From the NCBI GenBank assembly GCA_021613535.1, contig CP075497.1, positions 4,836,001 through 4,900,000 of the forward strand: 64,000 bases of DNA, written 5' to 3'. The notes beneath the pieces were generated by a model that was given only the letters and a program-made list of their open reading frames with translations, had not been told where the DNA came from and made no database searches. This DNA comes from Adineta vaga. Taxonomy: Eukaryota > Animalia > Rotifera. This document shows positions 14,456 through 28,473 of the stretch, piece after piece (position 1 is the stretch's first letter; the number at the start of each line of letters is the position of its first letter). The translations under genes were made by a program, and so were the position numbers.

Positions 14456-14928
14456 AAAAAAAGATTATTTGTTCAATTTTTCGAATAAACCTAGAGTGAA
14501 TATTGATGTAAAATACTTTTCATCTTCTAATCAATAAAAATGTTAATGAATTAACTTTTATTGACTAGTTTTTATTTAAACAAATATATCATGACGCATT
14601 GATTTACATATGTGAGAGAATATCGGATATTTCGTCGAAAAAAAAGAAACTATTTATAAAAAAATAAAAATGGATGTTTCAGTAATTCATACAAGATGTT
14701 ACATGTATCGCCGTTGTTCTGGTTCGACTATTATTATTTCTCATGACGATATATATTGTTTTAATTTAGCATATTCAAACAATAAAAGCAACAACAACAG
14801 CATTCAGATCAAATAGAAAAAAAGATTAAAAATAAGCACACTTCAACACACATATTCCATGTAAAAAAGAACATAAAAATAGAAAATATTCGTACAGATT
14901 CTAATCATTTTCTCGCAGGATTAACAAT

Positions 14929-17900
14929 ATGAATATCAGTTATGATATGATCGAAGGTAATACATTTATTAAAACAAAATGTTCAAAATAACAACAACTT
15001 AGATTTCTAATAAATATATTTCTCTAATCGAATTAAACAATTTATATTCTATTTAGGTTTTGACTTTGATACAATGTTTTCTCCTATGTCGGAGTTACAT
15101 TATACTCATCTTGAACATCAAACTAGAGAAGAAAGTTCGGAACAAACGATCAATATTCCAAATAACTTATCGGATAGTGGTTATATCAGTGAAATCGACA
15201 TAAATGAAATCTTGACTACTGGTATTGAGTAGAGTTCTTTTTTAAAATAACCTCGTTTTCTCTATATGTATGTATGTACAGACAATCAATCACAAATGCT
15301 ATACTCTTTGAATGAAAATCCATGTAACTTTGAATCGATACAACAAGTTCGATCTAATGAAACATGGATAAGTCATATGGGAAGTCTTCGCAAAAATGAA
15401 TGTTCATTAATACGAAGAAATGTTCCTCGTTTTATAAGATTTCACACTGATGGTTAGTTTATTCAATCTATACTAAATCTAACACTACAACTTATCTAAA
15501 TAGGTACTAACTATCATATAAATTGTGTATTACATATTCTGTTCAATTCATTGATATTTCTGCGATTGATAAACGTATTAAAAAGAATGATACATAACAA
15601 TCTTGTTGATTTACCATCAAATTTATATAATAGTTATGTTAAAACAAATGTCTCAAATGAAAAGAATACTTTTTATGCTTTATTAAATATTGTTGATATT
15701 GCCTATCAAGAATATCGAAATGATGACACTGCGAATTATTTGATTCAATCGATATATCATGTCGATAAAGGAATTCAGCAGAATGTCGTTGATTTTTATA
15801 ATTTTCTCTTGAATAATTTACGATTGATTGCTATTGAAATGAATCAAACAGAAATCTTTTCAAAATTATTCGAAATTAAATTTACTGAAAACACTGATGG
15901 ATGTGAATCACAAATTAAACGAGAACAATTTATCAGTATCAACTCACATCAAAGTACTATTGAAGAATATATCAATAAATATTATACTGGTACCGTAGTT
16001 AGATATAACAATGGACATATCATTGAACAACTATTTGAACAACTACCCGAACAATTATTTATCATTATTGAAAGACAACATAATGACATTTGTACCTATT
16101 GTGACTATCCAGCAGAATTTAAAACTTGTCGTAATCAGTACTATATATTCAATAGTGCTATAGTAAAACAAACCATGTTCGGTAATGATAATCATTGTAT
16201 TGCTGTCGTACGTCGACAAGATTGTATATATCTTCTCGATGGTCCTCAGATTATTGATCGTTCTCATATAAATTATCTATCAACCTATTTTCAAATGGTA
16301 GTATCATTTTTTTTCATTGAAATTAAAATAAAATCTTCTGGACACTTTCTATCATCTGTGTAGGTTCAGGTACAAAATCTTTTATATACTGAAGTCGATC
16401 CATTACATGGCTCAATCTGCATCTTTGAAGATCCACTATACGGAATACTGGCTGGTGAAACAAGTAGTAATATTTCAACAGATCTAATATCATTATCAGT
16501 AGAATCTTACGCCAGTAAGTATAAAACCATATTCAAAGTAATACTACAATAATTTTAATTTAGCATCTCGCATTATTATGCGACATCCCATCGCCAGTAC
16601 GTTTCGTTATTATATGCACAGTGATTTTTATCGACATAACATTAATATTACAATACCTACGTTAAATGATTGTTTAGGTGAACAAACGCTGTATCTTTGG
16701 GTAAATAAAATATCAAATAACAATTATGCTCAATGAAAGTCTTCTTTTTGTTTTTTGTTAGCCTCGTTCGATGTTTGTTGGAGCTTTGCTTGAGTGTACT
16801 TTAGTATCTTTAGCTTCAAATGGATCTTATTATCGAAGTCATTTTGAATTTGTTCTCAATGAACTTTCAGGTTTAAAATTTGAGAATTCAATTTATTTCA
16901 ACATTGATGAAGGCAATTCATCCGATGATCAATGGTTTCCGTAAGTACATTACATAAACTTGATCAATAAAGATATTTGTTTCTCTTTACAAGTCTCCGA
17001 TTGACCATATCAAAATCTAAACAGAATATGTTTCAAAATAAAAATCAACAACAGAATGACAGAGAAGATGATCATCAAGAAAATTCTCTATGTCAACTTG
17101 TACGATATCCTGATGGTATATACAATATCATCATAGTTTTATTAAGTCTAATATTATAAAGTTGTATCTATAGGTAATGTCGAAAATATTGATCAAAAGA
17201 AGTTTTTATCATTCATAAAATACAAGAAAATGAATAGAAGAAAACTTCATAAAACTTCTGCAAATATAACTCCATACAAATTATCAAAAGTCGCCAATCT
17301 GAATTCAATTTGTCTTGCTATTCGTCGAGTTCGATGGCTTCCAGATGAACAGAAATATATACCACAATCAGATGTTTTGTGTTATTCAAATATTTTTACA
17401 CCAGGTATATCTAAAAAGAATATGGATAACTATGAATATACATATCTTCGTTTTTCATTCAGTTCCTTCTTCAATAAAGAAAACTAATTATAATTATTGC
17501 GCAGATCAATTGCAAATTATCGATGTATGTCCATCACAAGTATCATTCGCTTTGCAAACGAATCATTGTACAATTCGTCTATCGTATTCAGTAAGTAAAT
17601 GAGTCTTTTTGTTTCGTCATGTTATTATTTGTATTTGAAAAGATTCCAAAAATGTATGAATGTACATCTCTCAAAGATAAATATGTAAAAATAATGATCT
17701 TAACTGGTAATGATCAAAGACCAGATTCTTATCCATCATATCGATTTCTTCATGATCAAAATTGAGTGGAATCACTCATGTTTTCAGCTATGAATTATAC
17801 TAATACGTAAATGTTCAAAATTTGTCGACTACTAACACTGATATACTTTATAGCATAACATTGATTATTGTCAAATGTACTGTGCAAGAATTCCAAGAGA

Positions 17901-18226
17901 ATGGTAAGTAAGATATTCGATGTGGAATTCAAGTCTTTTATTTCGCATAGAAGTAATTCCAATTGTAGCTCAAGATGGTTTACGAACACTTATTCATAAT
18001 CTCAGTATGGATACCTTTCACATTCAATTACAACTATGTCATGCTGCAAACGATCAATTTATTATGTATGAACATTCGACAGTGAAATCATCAATGATCA
18101 TTGGTAATAAATGTCACTTTTTTGTAGATCAACAAATGTAAGATATATATCTTTTTAGTTAATGAAGAAAGACAAGTTTCGTTATCATCGATGAATACAT
18201 CATTGACTCCATGTCATTTCGAATGA
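14929..18226 (+). CDS. Multi-exon protein: DSGYIS degron + USP-like (pseudo-DUB) domain + divergent Rel-homology/IPT-like region
   Basis: About 15 exons splice in frame with GT-AG introns. USP-like boxes GTNYHINCVLHILF, LPEQLFIIIER, NHCIAVVRRQDCIYLLDG. RHD-like segments RIIMRHPIASTFRYYMHSD, LLECTLVS, LNSICLAI...CYSNIF, then LQIIDVCP. Confidence 0.7.
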
Positions 18227-18842
18227 AGTTTTTTTGCTAACGAATATTTTGTTTTTCAAACTCATGTATTTTAAATACAATAAACTTGAGTGTGGTTCGT
18301 AGTCATTGGAGAAGATTATTCCAGTAGATTCGAAAACATTCCTTAGACAAATTCAATTCACGCAATGCAATAGTATGTATTTTGAAAAGTAAATAATCAT
18401 GATATGAATGCTAATTTCTATTATTCTGTCGAATTATTATCATTAATATCTTTTCAATATGCTCAGAAGACAATAAACAAGAAAACACTGTTTTCAGATG
18501 ACAGACACACTGATTATATACATAAACATTCAAGAAAAAGGGAACGAGAAAAAGAAAGAGAAAGAAAAAAAAAGTACAATCATCATTATCAATTATTCAT
18601 TACAAATTAGCAATAGAAATTGAAATAAAGAAAAAAAACGAACAAGAAATTGAGCACGACGTAGAAAAAGAACACCATTCGTACATAATATTACTTTTCA
18701 GTATACATTATTGAAGAAATTAACAAATAAATAAACAATCTCTTAATAATGTGAGAAGGAAAAGAAATAGGGAGAAAATATATGTACACATTCGTTAGTA
18801 TCGATCTGACCAGGATAATTACTATATCTGTTTTGAAATTAT

Positions 18843-21800
18843 CTAATGTTGTTGAGTTGAAGGTGCAGTCGCTGATGATTGTGCTGTTGGATAATTATAT
18901 GATGTTGTTCCATTACCATTGTATGATATAGAATTGATACCATTCGATGTATAGTATGATTGTGATTCAGATGTATCACCATAGATTGATGCTGGAAGAG
19001 GATAAGTTGAGGATGGTGATGGCGGATAATAGGCCATATAATCCATCGGTGTATTTGGTGGATAATAATAAGGTTGCATACCATAGGATGGTACTGGTGG
19101 ATAAGGATATGGATATGTTACATTATTAAAGTTATACGTCATATTTGTCGATGTATTAAAGTTATTAATTGTTATTGTTTGCTGTGGTTGTTGTTTACTT
19201 CTAGTTGAATAATTGTAATGACTTGATTGAGAGATAATCATGGATGTTGGTGATGTTGAACGAGGTGGTAATTGATCATCGGAGATTTCAACTGGGTTGA
19301 TGGCAGTTTCGAAATGATTTATAGAAGAAGTTGATTTTTCCTCTTCTTTTTCCATATGATTATTATTGATTATATCTACTGTATCGTTTTTTAATTGAGA
19401 TTCAATACGAGCTATTTTAGTCTCATCATCAGTACCATTGATTGATGGTGATGAGAGAAATGGATTAGCAAAAATATCTGAAAATGATGAAGGTGTTTCA
19501 GATGCATTCGTTGTTGTCGTTGCTACACTTGATTGATGTGTTAAAATCGGTTTATTTGTGTCATTCTAAATTAAGAAATGTTTTATTTTCATTTAGAATT
19601 CGGCATTATTTTACTGAGATGATTAAACGAACCTTAGTTGATGAAAATGCATCATCAATTGAAGATTGAATATTTGACGATGTTAAAGCTTGTTTTTCCG
19701 CTGGTAACGATCGATCCATATTGGTGATTGACGGGGAATAAGAAGCTTCTGTCGTTGATGAGCTGTCATTTGATGATACTGTTGACAGACATCCTTCGCT
19801 TGTTTGTCTTGTTAATGCATTTGGAGAATTCACTAAAAATAAGCAGTAGAATGCGTTTAATTAAACATCAGTTATTCGGGAAAGAGCTTAAGCTTTCATA
19901 TTGCAGCTCAAAACATATTTTTGAAACATAGAGGAAAACACAGTAATACATACGATCTAATTTATCTGATGTTTCTGTTTTGATTGGTTCGGTTTCAGAT
20001 TTTGATGTAGAATGTAAACGAGTATTTCGAGTTATTCGTCGTGTTTGTAATGGAACTTCTATATTGTCCTCTGCTTTTGCTTCCGTATTTGATAATAAAA
20101 CATGATTTAATTCAGTTTTTTCGTTGTTAATTGATGAATTTATTGGCTCTGATATTTCCTTTGGTGAAACGACTTTGAGAAATTGATCAAGTTTCAGTTG
20201 TTTGTATGTTGACTGTTTAACAGGAATTTTTGGTGAAGATGCTATCGAAATATCTTTCTTCTCTTCTTCTTCTTCTTCTTCCACTGCTGCTACTGGTACT
20301 GGTACTACCATGACTTTATTTTCGTGTTCTTCTTCCTCTTCCTTTTCCTCTTTAATCATCGGTTCGGTTACAATCATTCTTGATCGACGAGGTTTATATT
20401 CCTGAGAACATTCATCATCATCATTTGCAGTTGTATCCAATGAATAACTATCATTATGAGTGATCATTGATTCATTTTTAATCGATTTATTATTGATTGG
20501 TGCTCGACGTTTGACAATAATTGAACGACGTTTTTGTCCAAATTTTCGTTTACGAATATAACGAACACCATCTGCAGATTGAGTACCATCAGCTGATTCC
20601 GCTGCCAATGATGCAGCTCTAAAACAGAGAGTAAATTTCATCCATGAGAACAAAACTGAACATCTCGGAAATCTTTTTTCAACTTACTCAGCTGCTTCAC
20701 GACCAATTTCTTTGAATACAATTTGTATTTCTTTGACTTCTTTCTCGACAGCTTTTTCTTCATTGGCTAATAAATGTGTAGTAAGTACAGGAGTAAAACG
20801 AAGATATTCATTATCAACTGTCACCCAATGTGCATGTTTTATTTTTTCCTTTTTCATTATACTTTCTAATTGTGTAACATCAACAGTGATGACTGGTCTA
20901 ATACGCAAAACAAAATCAAATCATTTAGATGAATTAGAATTTAAGAAAAAATATGATTCAACTTACTTTCCATTTGATTTCATTGTTAAAACACCTAGAT
21001 TTTGTAGTGTATCAACAATATCATCAATCGCCATTCCTGTTTTATTCATAATTGATTTTATTACACATTTTGAATCATTTTCATTGTAATAAATAAGTAA
21101 TTGTTCGACAATTTTGATTTTCCAATAGGCTTCATATGTTTGCGCACCTAATGTTGACAATGGTCTTTCAGGTGTACCAACTTGCGCTTCTTTTTGAGAT
21201 ATTAAATAACTCAATTCAATAAGAAAACGTCCATAACCTCGACGTTGACAAATAGGTAAAACAGTGATGCATGAGAGATTATATTTTTGTGGACAATGTT
21301 TTTCTTTCGAAAAATAACCAATAAAATGACACCCATTCGCATCATTTCTTGTTAAAACGTAGAATAAAAAGGGTTCAACATCATAATAAAGTGTTTTATG
21401 ATCAAGAAATAATTTTGCTAATAAACATAAATTTTGACAATATATTCGACTGGTATTTCCATCAACTTCAAAAACAGACAGATCATCTTTATGATAGATT
21501 TCATTTGCAGGTGGATGAAACATTGTACATTTTTTCTATTAAATTTAAAATAAAATTATATACTTTCAATGAATGATTTCATCTATCAACTTACACGATG
21601 TCGATCGTAAACTTGTTCACATTTCATATATTTCAAACAAAATTCACATATATATAAACGTGGAACACGTGCATATTCCTGAGGATATGATGATGAATAC
21701 CAAGTTTTTAATAAATCTGAACCAAGAACAATATATGGTGGCCAACGAGTATTTGTGGCATCAGCATCGATTGATTCACTTGAATGGTGGAATTTTTCTG

Positions 21801-23487
21801 AACACTGAAAATAAGAGATAAAAGAAAACGATAGGATAGATATTTTTAGTAGCAAATAACTTACATCTGTGATAAGTTTAGTACAATTTGTTGACGATTC
21901 AACAAATAAATGTACATCATGTTCAGTAATATTATCTGGAAGAGAATCGTTGAGAAATGCGGGTAGATTTTTGTGTTCTAAATCAGAGAGTAAAGGAAAT
22001 TGTGATATATCGATTCTGTTTACATACTTGATAAATTCGATTTGATTTTGTGTTTTTGATCTTTAGAATTTGTCTGTTTATCATTCTCCTCTTCCTCCTC
22101 CTCGTCTTCCTCATTTGATTGATCATCTTCCGTCTGACTTTCTTTTCGTTTCTGATTTCTCACAGGAGAATCTTTTCTCGTTCGTTTTTTAATAATAGAT
22201 GTTGCTGATATTGGTGATATAGAATTGGTTGAATGTTTTCGTTTCGTATTAACTCGAGATAAATTAGTATTATTTGATTCTTCAATTGGATGAACATCGG
22301 ATCGACGATTCGTTTTATGAGGTGGTGTTATCGGATCAATAGTTAACGGTTTTTTATTTGATAATTGACGTGTCAGTAATGGAGTACTTGTTTGAGGACT
22401 GAAAAAGAAAAGAACTTGTTTAGTACGTGAATGAAAACATGAAACAAAAGAATATTCTTTACGTAGAAGTTAAATCATCATGTAACAACTCTTTTCGAAT
22501 TCGTTGTAATTTTGATGAAGCTAAAATTGTTTTCGATAATAATTCATTTTTTAAATCTGTATTTTCTTTGCTTGATTTAATAATTAATGTAGGTGAATGA
22601 AGTCGTTTAAGTAATTTTTTATGTGAAGTTTTCATTGTTTTTTTATCACGCAAATATTTCATTGCTTTTTGTACCGATTGTTGTCGAACTTGATTTGCTT
22701 TTTGGTTATTTGGTAAGAAAAAATTTGATATACCATCATTAAGTGGAACAACTGGACGGGATGTGTCTGTTGTTGTTGTTATATCGTCACTATTTGAATG
22801 GTTACTTCGACGTGAACGTCTTGATGATGATGATGATGTCGATAAAGTTTTGATTAGACTTTTCTTTGGTGATAAAGGTATTTCGTCACGACAAAGATGA
22901 CAAGCAAAATCATCATCAGGAATCGTTTCGAGTGGTGGATCGCAACATTTTGGATGAATACCAGAATCACAAAAATCACAGAATAATAACTGGAAGAATC
23001 GTACAATTACTATTTTTAAATAGACAGAAAAAATTTCTTACTGAATCATCACTTTTATTACAAATGATACACCGTTTACAATCAATACATTGCCATCGAA
23101 TGGTTCGTATTTTTTGTACCAATTTTTCTGAATATTGCAAACATGATGGATGTCCTAGAAATAATAAATTCTAGTTATTTACATAGACAAAACGAATGAT
23201 ATATTTCATACCTGAATTTCCACATTCTGCACAATTTATCATTTTTTCTGGATTACCATTCGCATTTTTTGCATTATCACCTAGACAAAATCCACAAATT
23301 CCAATTGGTTTGGCAATCTTCTGAAAGAGTGCAGAATAAAAAGAATTATTAATCAAAATAAAGATTATTTCTAAACCTTTTTATCATGACTAGTTGATGA
23401 TACTCGTCTTTGTTTCGCTGTTGTAGATGTGTTCGTTGTGTTTGTTGATGATGATGAACATCGAGCTCTTGCTTCTCTAGCTACCAT
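18843..23487 (-). CDS. KAT6: KAT6 (MOZ/MORF/enok-like) MYST histone acetyltransferase with double PHD finger
   Basis: DPF ([38 protein letters not shown]), [41 protein letters not shown]. Confidence 0.9.
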
Positions 23488-24465
23488 TGAAAGTTTTCTC
23501 TATCAGATCATCTGAAAAGATGAGCACTTTTATGTAAATTTCTGTCTTTTTTCACGAAACAAAAGTCAGCCGGTCAAAGTTATACTTGACAATCGCAGAA
23601 GAAAAGATGAATGATGACTCACATTGAAAACCGCAAAAATAATTAACATATCAATGCACTTATGTTTATTACAATAATTAAACAATATTTAATGACGAAA
23701 ATGTTTCGTTTATATTCAAGAGATTGTTTTTAAATTATATTTTGATATTTTTATGATTAGAAAACGTCTTTTATCAAGTGATTTCGTACTATAAGGTAAC
23801 GTCTACTAGTGACATCTTTGGATTATTTTACGATGATTTTCCTAAGAGTAGTACACAAACAAGATAATTCATAAAGTATGATAAATGAGATAAATTGCAG
23901 AATTCGAGTATCTAAAACACGGTAGTGAGACGCACAGTTTTCTGAATCAATAGACTTTCTTCAATGTAGAAGAACACATAATCAATATAAGAATAATTTC
24001 ATTAGATAACTGAAGGAAATATTGTGACGCATTCAGTCCATATGAATAAAAACATCGATCATCTCACTTCATCAATATAGTTTTCATTCGACATTCATCG
24101 CAATCGGCTAGAATTCTAATAAAGAGCTACGAATGAATATTATCAAGAAAAATTAGCATCTATCTTACAATGCACATTGAATATTCTTATTGTGAAGTCA
24201 ATCAATCTCACACTCATCAAAATAAAACGCATACTGCTAGATCAACTGAAGCACCAAAATCACAACGAAAAAGAAAGAAAAAAGATTCGTGAATTCGGCA
24301 AACAGAGGTTATATTTATTCACACAACTAAATATACAAAAAAATGAATATACAAACATGTTACGAGCAGCAATACCAAGCGAACAAGGTATAGAATAATG
24401 CATTGGGTAGAGAAGAGCAAATAATAAGAAATGAACTGCAAATCGAAATCCAAGACCAACTTTGT

Positions 24466-25092
24466 TTATAGTATCTCTTGCCAACACAAAGGCACGTTTG
24501 CATCTGTTTTAGACGTGTTTAAAGAAACTGCTACATTACTAGGCGTATGCACTGCCTCGACACACTCTGTAATCAAGTAGAGCCTAAAAATGCCAATGGT
24601 AGTAGATACAAAACATGACCAATGTAAGATTTCAACGATGTATGTATAGAAACAACTATTTAGTAGATAAATGCCACTCAATATGACGACAAAAGTAATG
24701 ACAGAAACAATCCATAGTACTCTGCGAACGAAACGATGAGTGTCTGAACTGAAAATGAAAATCTCATGAATGAGTAGCAGTTGTAACAAGAATGCAAACT
24801 GTGGCAGAATTTGAGTACCTAGAAGTTCGTAGTAAGTAATACAGTTTTCAGAGTCAACAGATTTGTTCGACGTAGAAGAACACAAACAGTCGTTGTAAGA
24901 AAAGCCACACAACAATGCTGGTAATTCTGATGTGACATTGAATCCACGTGAATGAAGAATTGACTTTCCAACTTCACCAATACGATATCGGAGATGAGTA
25001 TTGAACATGGTGGTGACAAACGCAAAGATCAAAAGTAGTACGAATGCTGCTACACGAAATGGTGATATAGGACCAGCAATGTATATCATCAT
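24466..25092 (-). CDS. Uncharacterised multi-pass membrane protein, intronless CDS
   Basis: 208-aa ORF with about 4 hydrophobic segments. A splice acceptor lies upstream (~25128) and a degenerate paralog is adjacent. Confidence 0.65.
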   Translation of the reverse strand: MMIYIAGPISPFRVAAFVLLLIFAFVTTMFNTHLRYRIGEVGKSILHSRGFNVTSELPALLCGFSYNDCLCSSTSNKSVDSENCITYYELLGTQILPQFAFLLQLLLIHEIFIFSSDTHRFVRRVLWIVSVITFVVILSGIYLLNSCFYTYIVEILHWSCFVSTTIGIFRLYLITECVEAVHTPSNVAVSLNTSKTDANVPLCWQEIL

Positions 25093-25387
25093 TGTGATGC
25101 AATAAGATTTGCTTCGAAGATGTGATATCTAAAAAAAGGAAAAATGTGAGCTGAATCGGAAGATTTAAAAAGAAAGGGAGACAACTTAATGAACATTATT
25201 TTAAACCATTCATTTTCGTCAGCTATCGTTAAGACAAGGTATGTTAGACTAACCTTCGATATAATATAACTTGACTACAGAAAAAATCTTATTGAAGGAT
25301 GTCATTGGTCAATTCAGAAAATAATAATAAAATGAAATAAGAATGTGATTTATTGTAGTGAAATAGAAAACTGAAGGATAGATCTTC

Positions 25388-26008
25388 TTAGAATTGGATT
25401 ATGTTCTGCCAACGTTTAGGAATATCAGTATTCATGGTTGATATATGTGAATATCAACTAGTTTTGTCAGTAAATAAAACTAATTTGAAACGAGATGGCG
25501 TAGTTTCTCGTACATAAATCGAATGAAAGTACAGTAATTAATATCTGCCGAATAAGATTACAAGAGTACGAATATAATAACAAGTATTCGAGAAGATGCC
25601 ATGCCAGTCATCATGACAATGAAGAGAGGTGTATAAATAATATATGGTGCATTTGGGATCAACTGAATGTGAAATGCTGATGTACGAGAAAGATTCGTAA
25701 AATGAATGATATAAATGATAGAAACATAGTTTTGTGAATCGATAGATTTGTTGGATGTATTAGAATAGAGAAAATCGGTACCAGAATAATCTCCTAAGAC
25801 AGTTAGTAAATATATTGTGACATTGAGGTACAGCAACGAAGAATCGAATCTCTAAGTTCATCAATAAAATACTGTAGTTGTATACGGACTGTATCGTTCG
25901 ACCTGGGAAGTTGATACATTTATAGAAATAAAATTGGTGATGTGCAAAAGAGCAAGAAAGAGATAAAACGAATCCAATGAATATCACTCATATGTAGAAT
26001 GGCTGATT
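25388..26008 (-). pseudogene. Decayed tandem paralog of the 24466-25092 gene
   Basis: Fragments in shifting frames: QLQYFIDELRDSIL vs HLRYRIGEVGKSIL; LNVT vs FNVT; SNTSNKSIDSQN vs SSTSNKSVDSEN; TDIPKRWQNI vs ANVPLCWQEI. Contains stops and frameshifts. Confidence 0.7.
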
Positions 26009-28473
26009 GCATTATACTAATGATTTAGCCGAACTCTCATTCAAGTATGATATACATCTAATTGATAATGTCGTTATACTAGTTGACATAGATTGTTTTA
26101 TATGAACAATTTTGTTACATGAGTAGGTAAAGAAGATTATTGTTGAATGCTAGGACATAGTAAGATATCTTTAAGAGTTATTCTTGACGAAGAACTATGA
26201 TATACTCTCTATCAAAGATAAATATGCGAATATAGTGTTATGCGTGGTGATCTTTGAAAGAAGAATAGTTTAAATAAAAACATAAAAAAGAACTTTAGCA
26301 AAAATAGATCACGAGTGTTTTTGCTAGCTGTAAAAGATAGATTGATAGTTTTACGAGTATTGAATCACGAATTATCAGTTTATTATTGCAGCTGAATATT
26401 TGGAAATGATCATTAAAAACAATCAATTCAAAGGGAACACATAATTATAATGAAAACTAAACAATACTTATGCTCAACTAATGTGCTGTGCATCAAAATA
26501 TATGTTAATGCATGAAAAGAACAGAAATCATAGATTAGTTCGAAAACGTATAGAGAAGTATCAACAATTGCTGAATTGAGCTCTCTATCCCTAATCACCA
26601 TTGATATTGCTGAATATATTAAGAATATTTGTCTGTTATTGATGCTGCTTGAGTCTCATTATTTATAGAAAAGATAATGCAATGTCTATATACGAACAAT
26701 CGCACATCGATACAATAGATGTCATTATCATCAATCTATATATGACATCCGATCAAATTCTTCTGTAAAACAAATATATTTCGTTTACATACTCTTTGCC
26801 ACATGTAGATGCTAACAAAAAGATCCACTTTCTGTGAAGTGATAAATTTTCAGTCCATTTATATCTAAACAAGAACATATTAGATCTCATTTTCAACATA
26901 TGTGGCGAAAATACAAAATAATTCGCCTATTGACATTTACTATCACTGATTCAATCGCATGTATGACTCATTTCTCCAAGCAACACATTCAAAACGAAAA
27001 TGAACGAATGCGCATCCTCCATGTGATTTCTCACGATCACAGAAGAAAGAAAAAAACTATAGAATATAATGATTCATCCTGTCACTCTTCTCACTCCCTT
27101 GTTCACATAAATTCTTCACTACCTTTTTTTTCTGAACTCCGATCATATGGCTGCACAAACCATTCATGTTCAAAACACCGAACTCCGACTACGTCGGGAA
27201 TCCATTCAAACACCACCTCCCATTTCCCACATCACGATACAGATAGAAGGCCAATCAACACAAACTCCTCTTGTTGAAACCGAATGCAAAGGTAAGATGA
27301 ATATAACAAAAAATCCACCAGGCTCACCCAAACTCATATATATAATAACTAGTCCTCTCGACAGCTACGAGAACACAATTCCTTACTTTCATGACTTGAC
27401 GGATCTTCATATTATTCAACTGATTGTGTTGTGTGATTTCCTGTGCTCGTTGAACGTGTAGAAAGAAGTTTCTCATTCATTTAGTTCAGTCGTGTCACCA
27501 TCCATTTTACAATTCATGCTAATTGAAACTCCTTTTTTTTTCGTTTAGAAACATTCAACAATAACAAAAGATTCAACATCATGTCGAGGATGAAACCCTG
27601 ACGAAGAGTCACAATTGAATATTTCAATAGTTGAATTCAGCTTTCAAGTTTGATATCACTCCGCTGGTCTTCGTTGGCCCGGTATGTGGGACTGGGCCTG
27701 CGTTTTTTTTCCGCTCTGTTGCCGTTCGTTTTAAGTGTACATTATTTTTTTCTTGGTTGGTACATGGGAAGAAGAATTGTGGTTGCCCGTAATCACTTTT
27801 CTTCTTTCGGTTATTTTTGTTGGTCTTTATTTTAGTTTTTTTTTCTTATAAACTTCTTTTATTTTAACCAACTTTTTTCTATGATCTTTTGGAAAAGATA
27901 TCGGAATGCTGAAGTGGAAAAATATGAGTGAGTGGTTGCGTAATGAGCGAAAAGAGTGAGAAACGTTTTTCACTAACGAGAATGAAGAGAAAAATACAAG
28001 CCTTTTGTGTTGGTAAAGCGTAAAGAAGGAATGAGATTTATTTTTTTATTCTTCATCATAAAATAAAATCGACCAAATATTGTTCTGAATCTGAATGTAG
28101 CACTATCTCGATCTCTTTTCGCATTCGTCTAATCTACCATGAACAGCTAGCGATAGCCTCTATCTTCCATTAAATTATCAATGCACTTGTGTCATAGTGA
28201 TTTGAAATAAAAAATTAGTCTTCAAAAGAAATTATTTAAAATATTCTAAATTTGAGTTTAATTTTTACCGTCATGTATATCTAAACGATTGAAACTAGCA
28301 TATATTTTTCTATCCAATCAAATATCTGTTTATTTCTAGTTTTGATCCACTGAAAAAAGAACTGGGTATTCTCGTTAACATCTCCACTCCATTCTAATAT
28401 TTTCTTTCAAATAAGCATTTTAATGGGATTTTTTTATCAATTTTAGACAAAACAACATATAATCTGATTCAAC

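Noticed and set aside
17763-17765. Apparent in-frame TGA in the USP/Rel-like gene
   Set aside because: It falls inside a canonical in-phase intron (gtaatg at 17707 to ttttcag at 17787).
27598-27640. Hammerhead ribozyme core CTGACGA (also CTGATGA near 40406)
   Set aside because: No stem II followed by GAAA.
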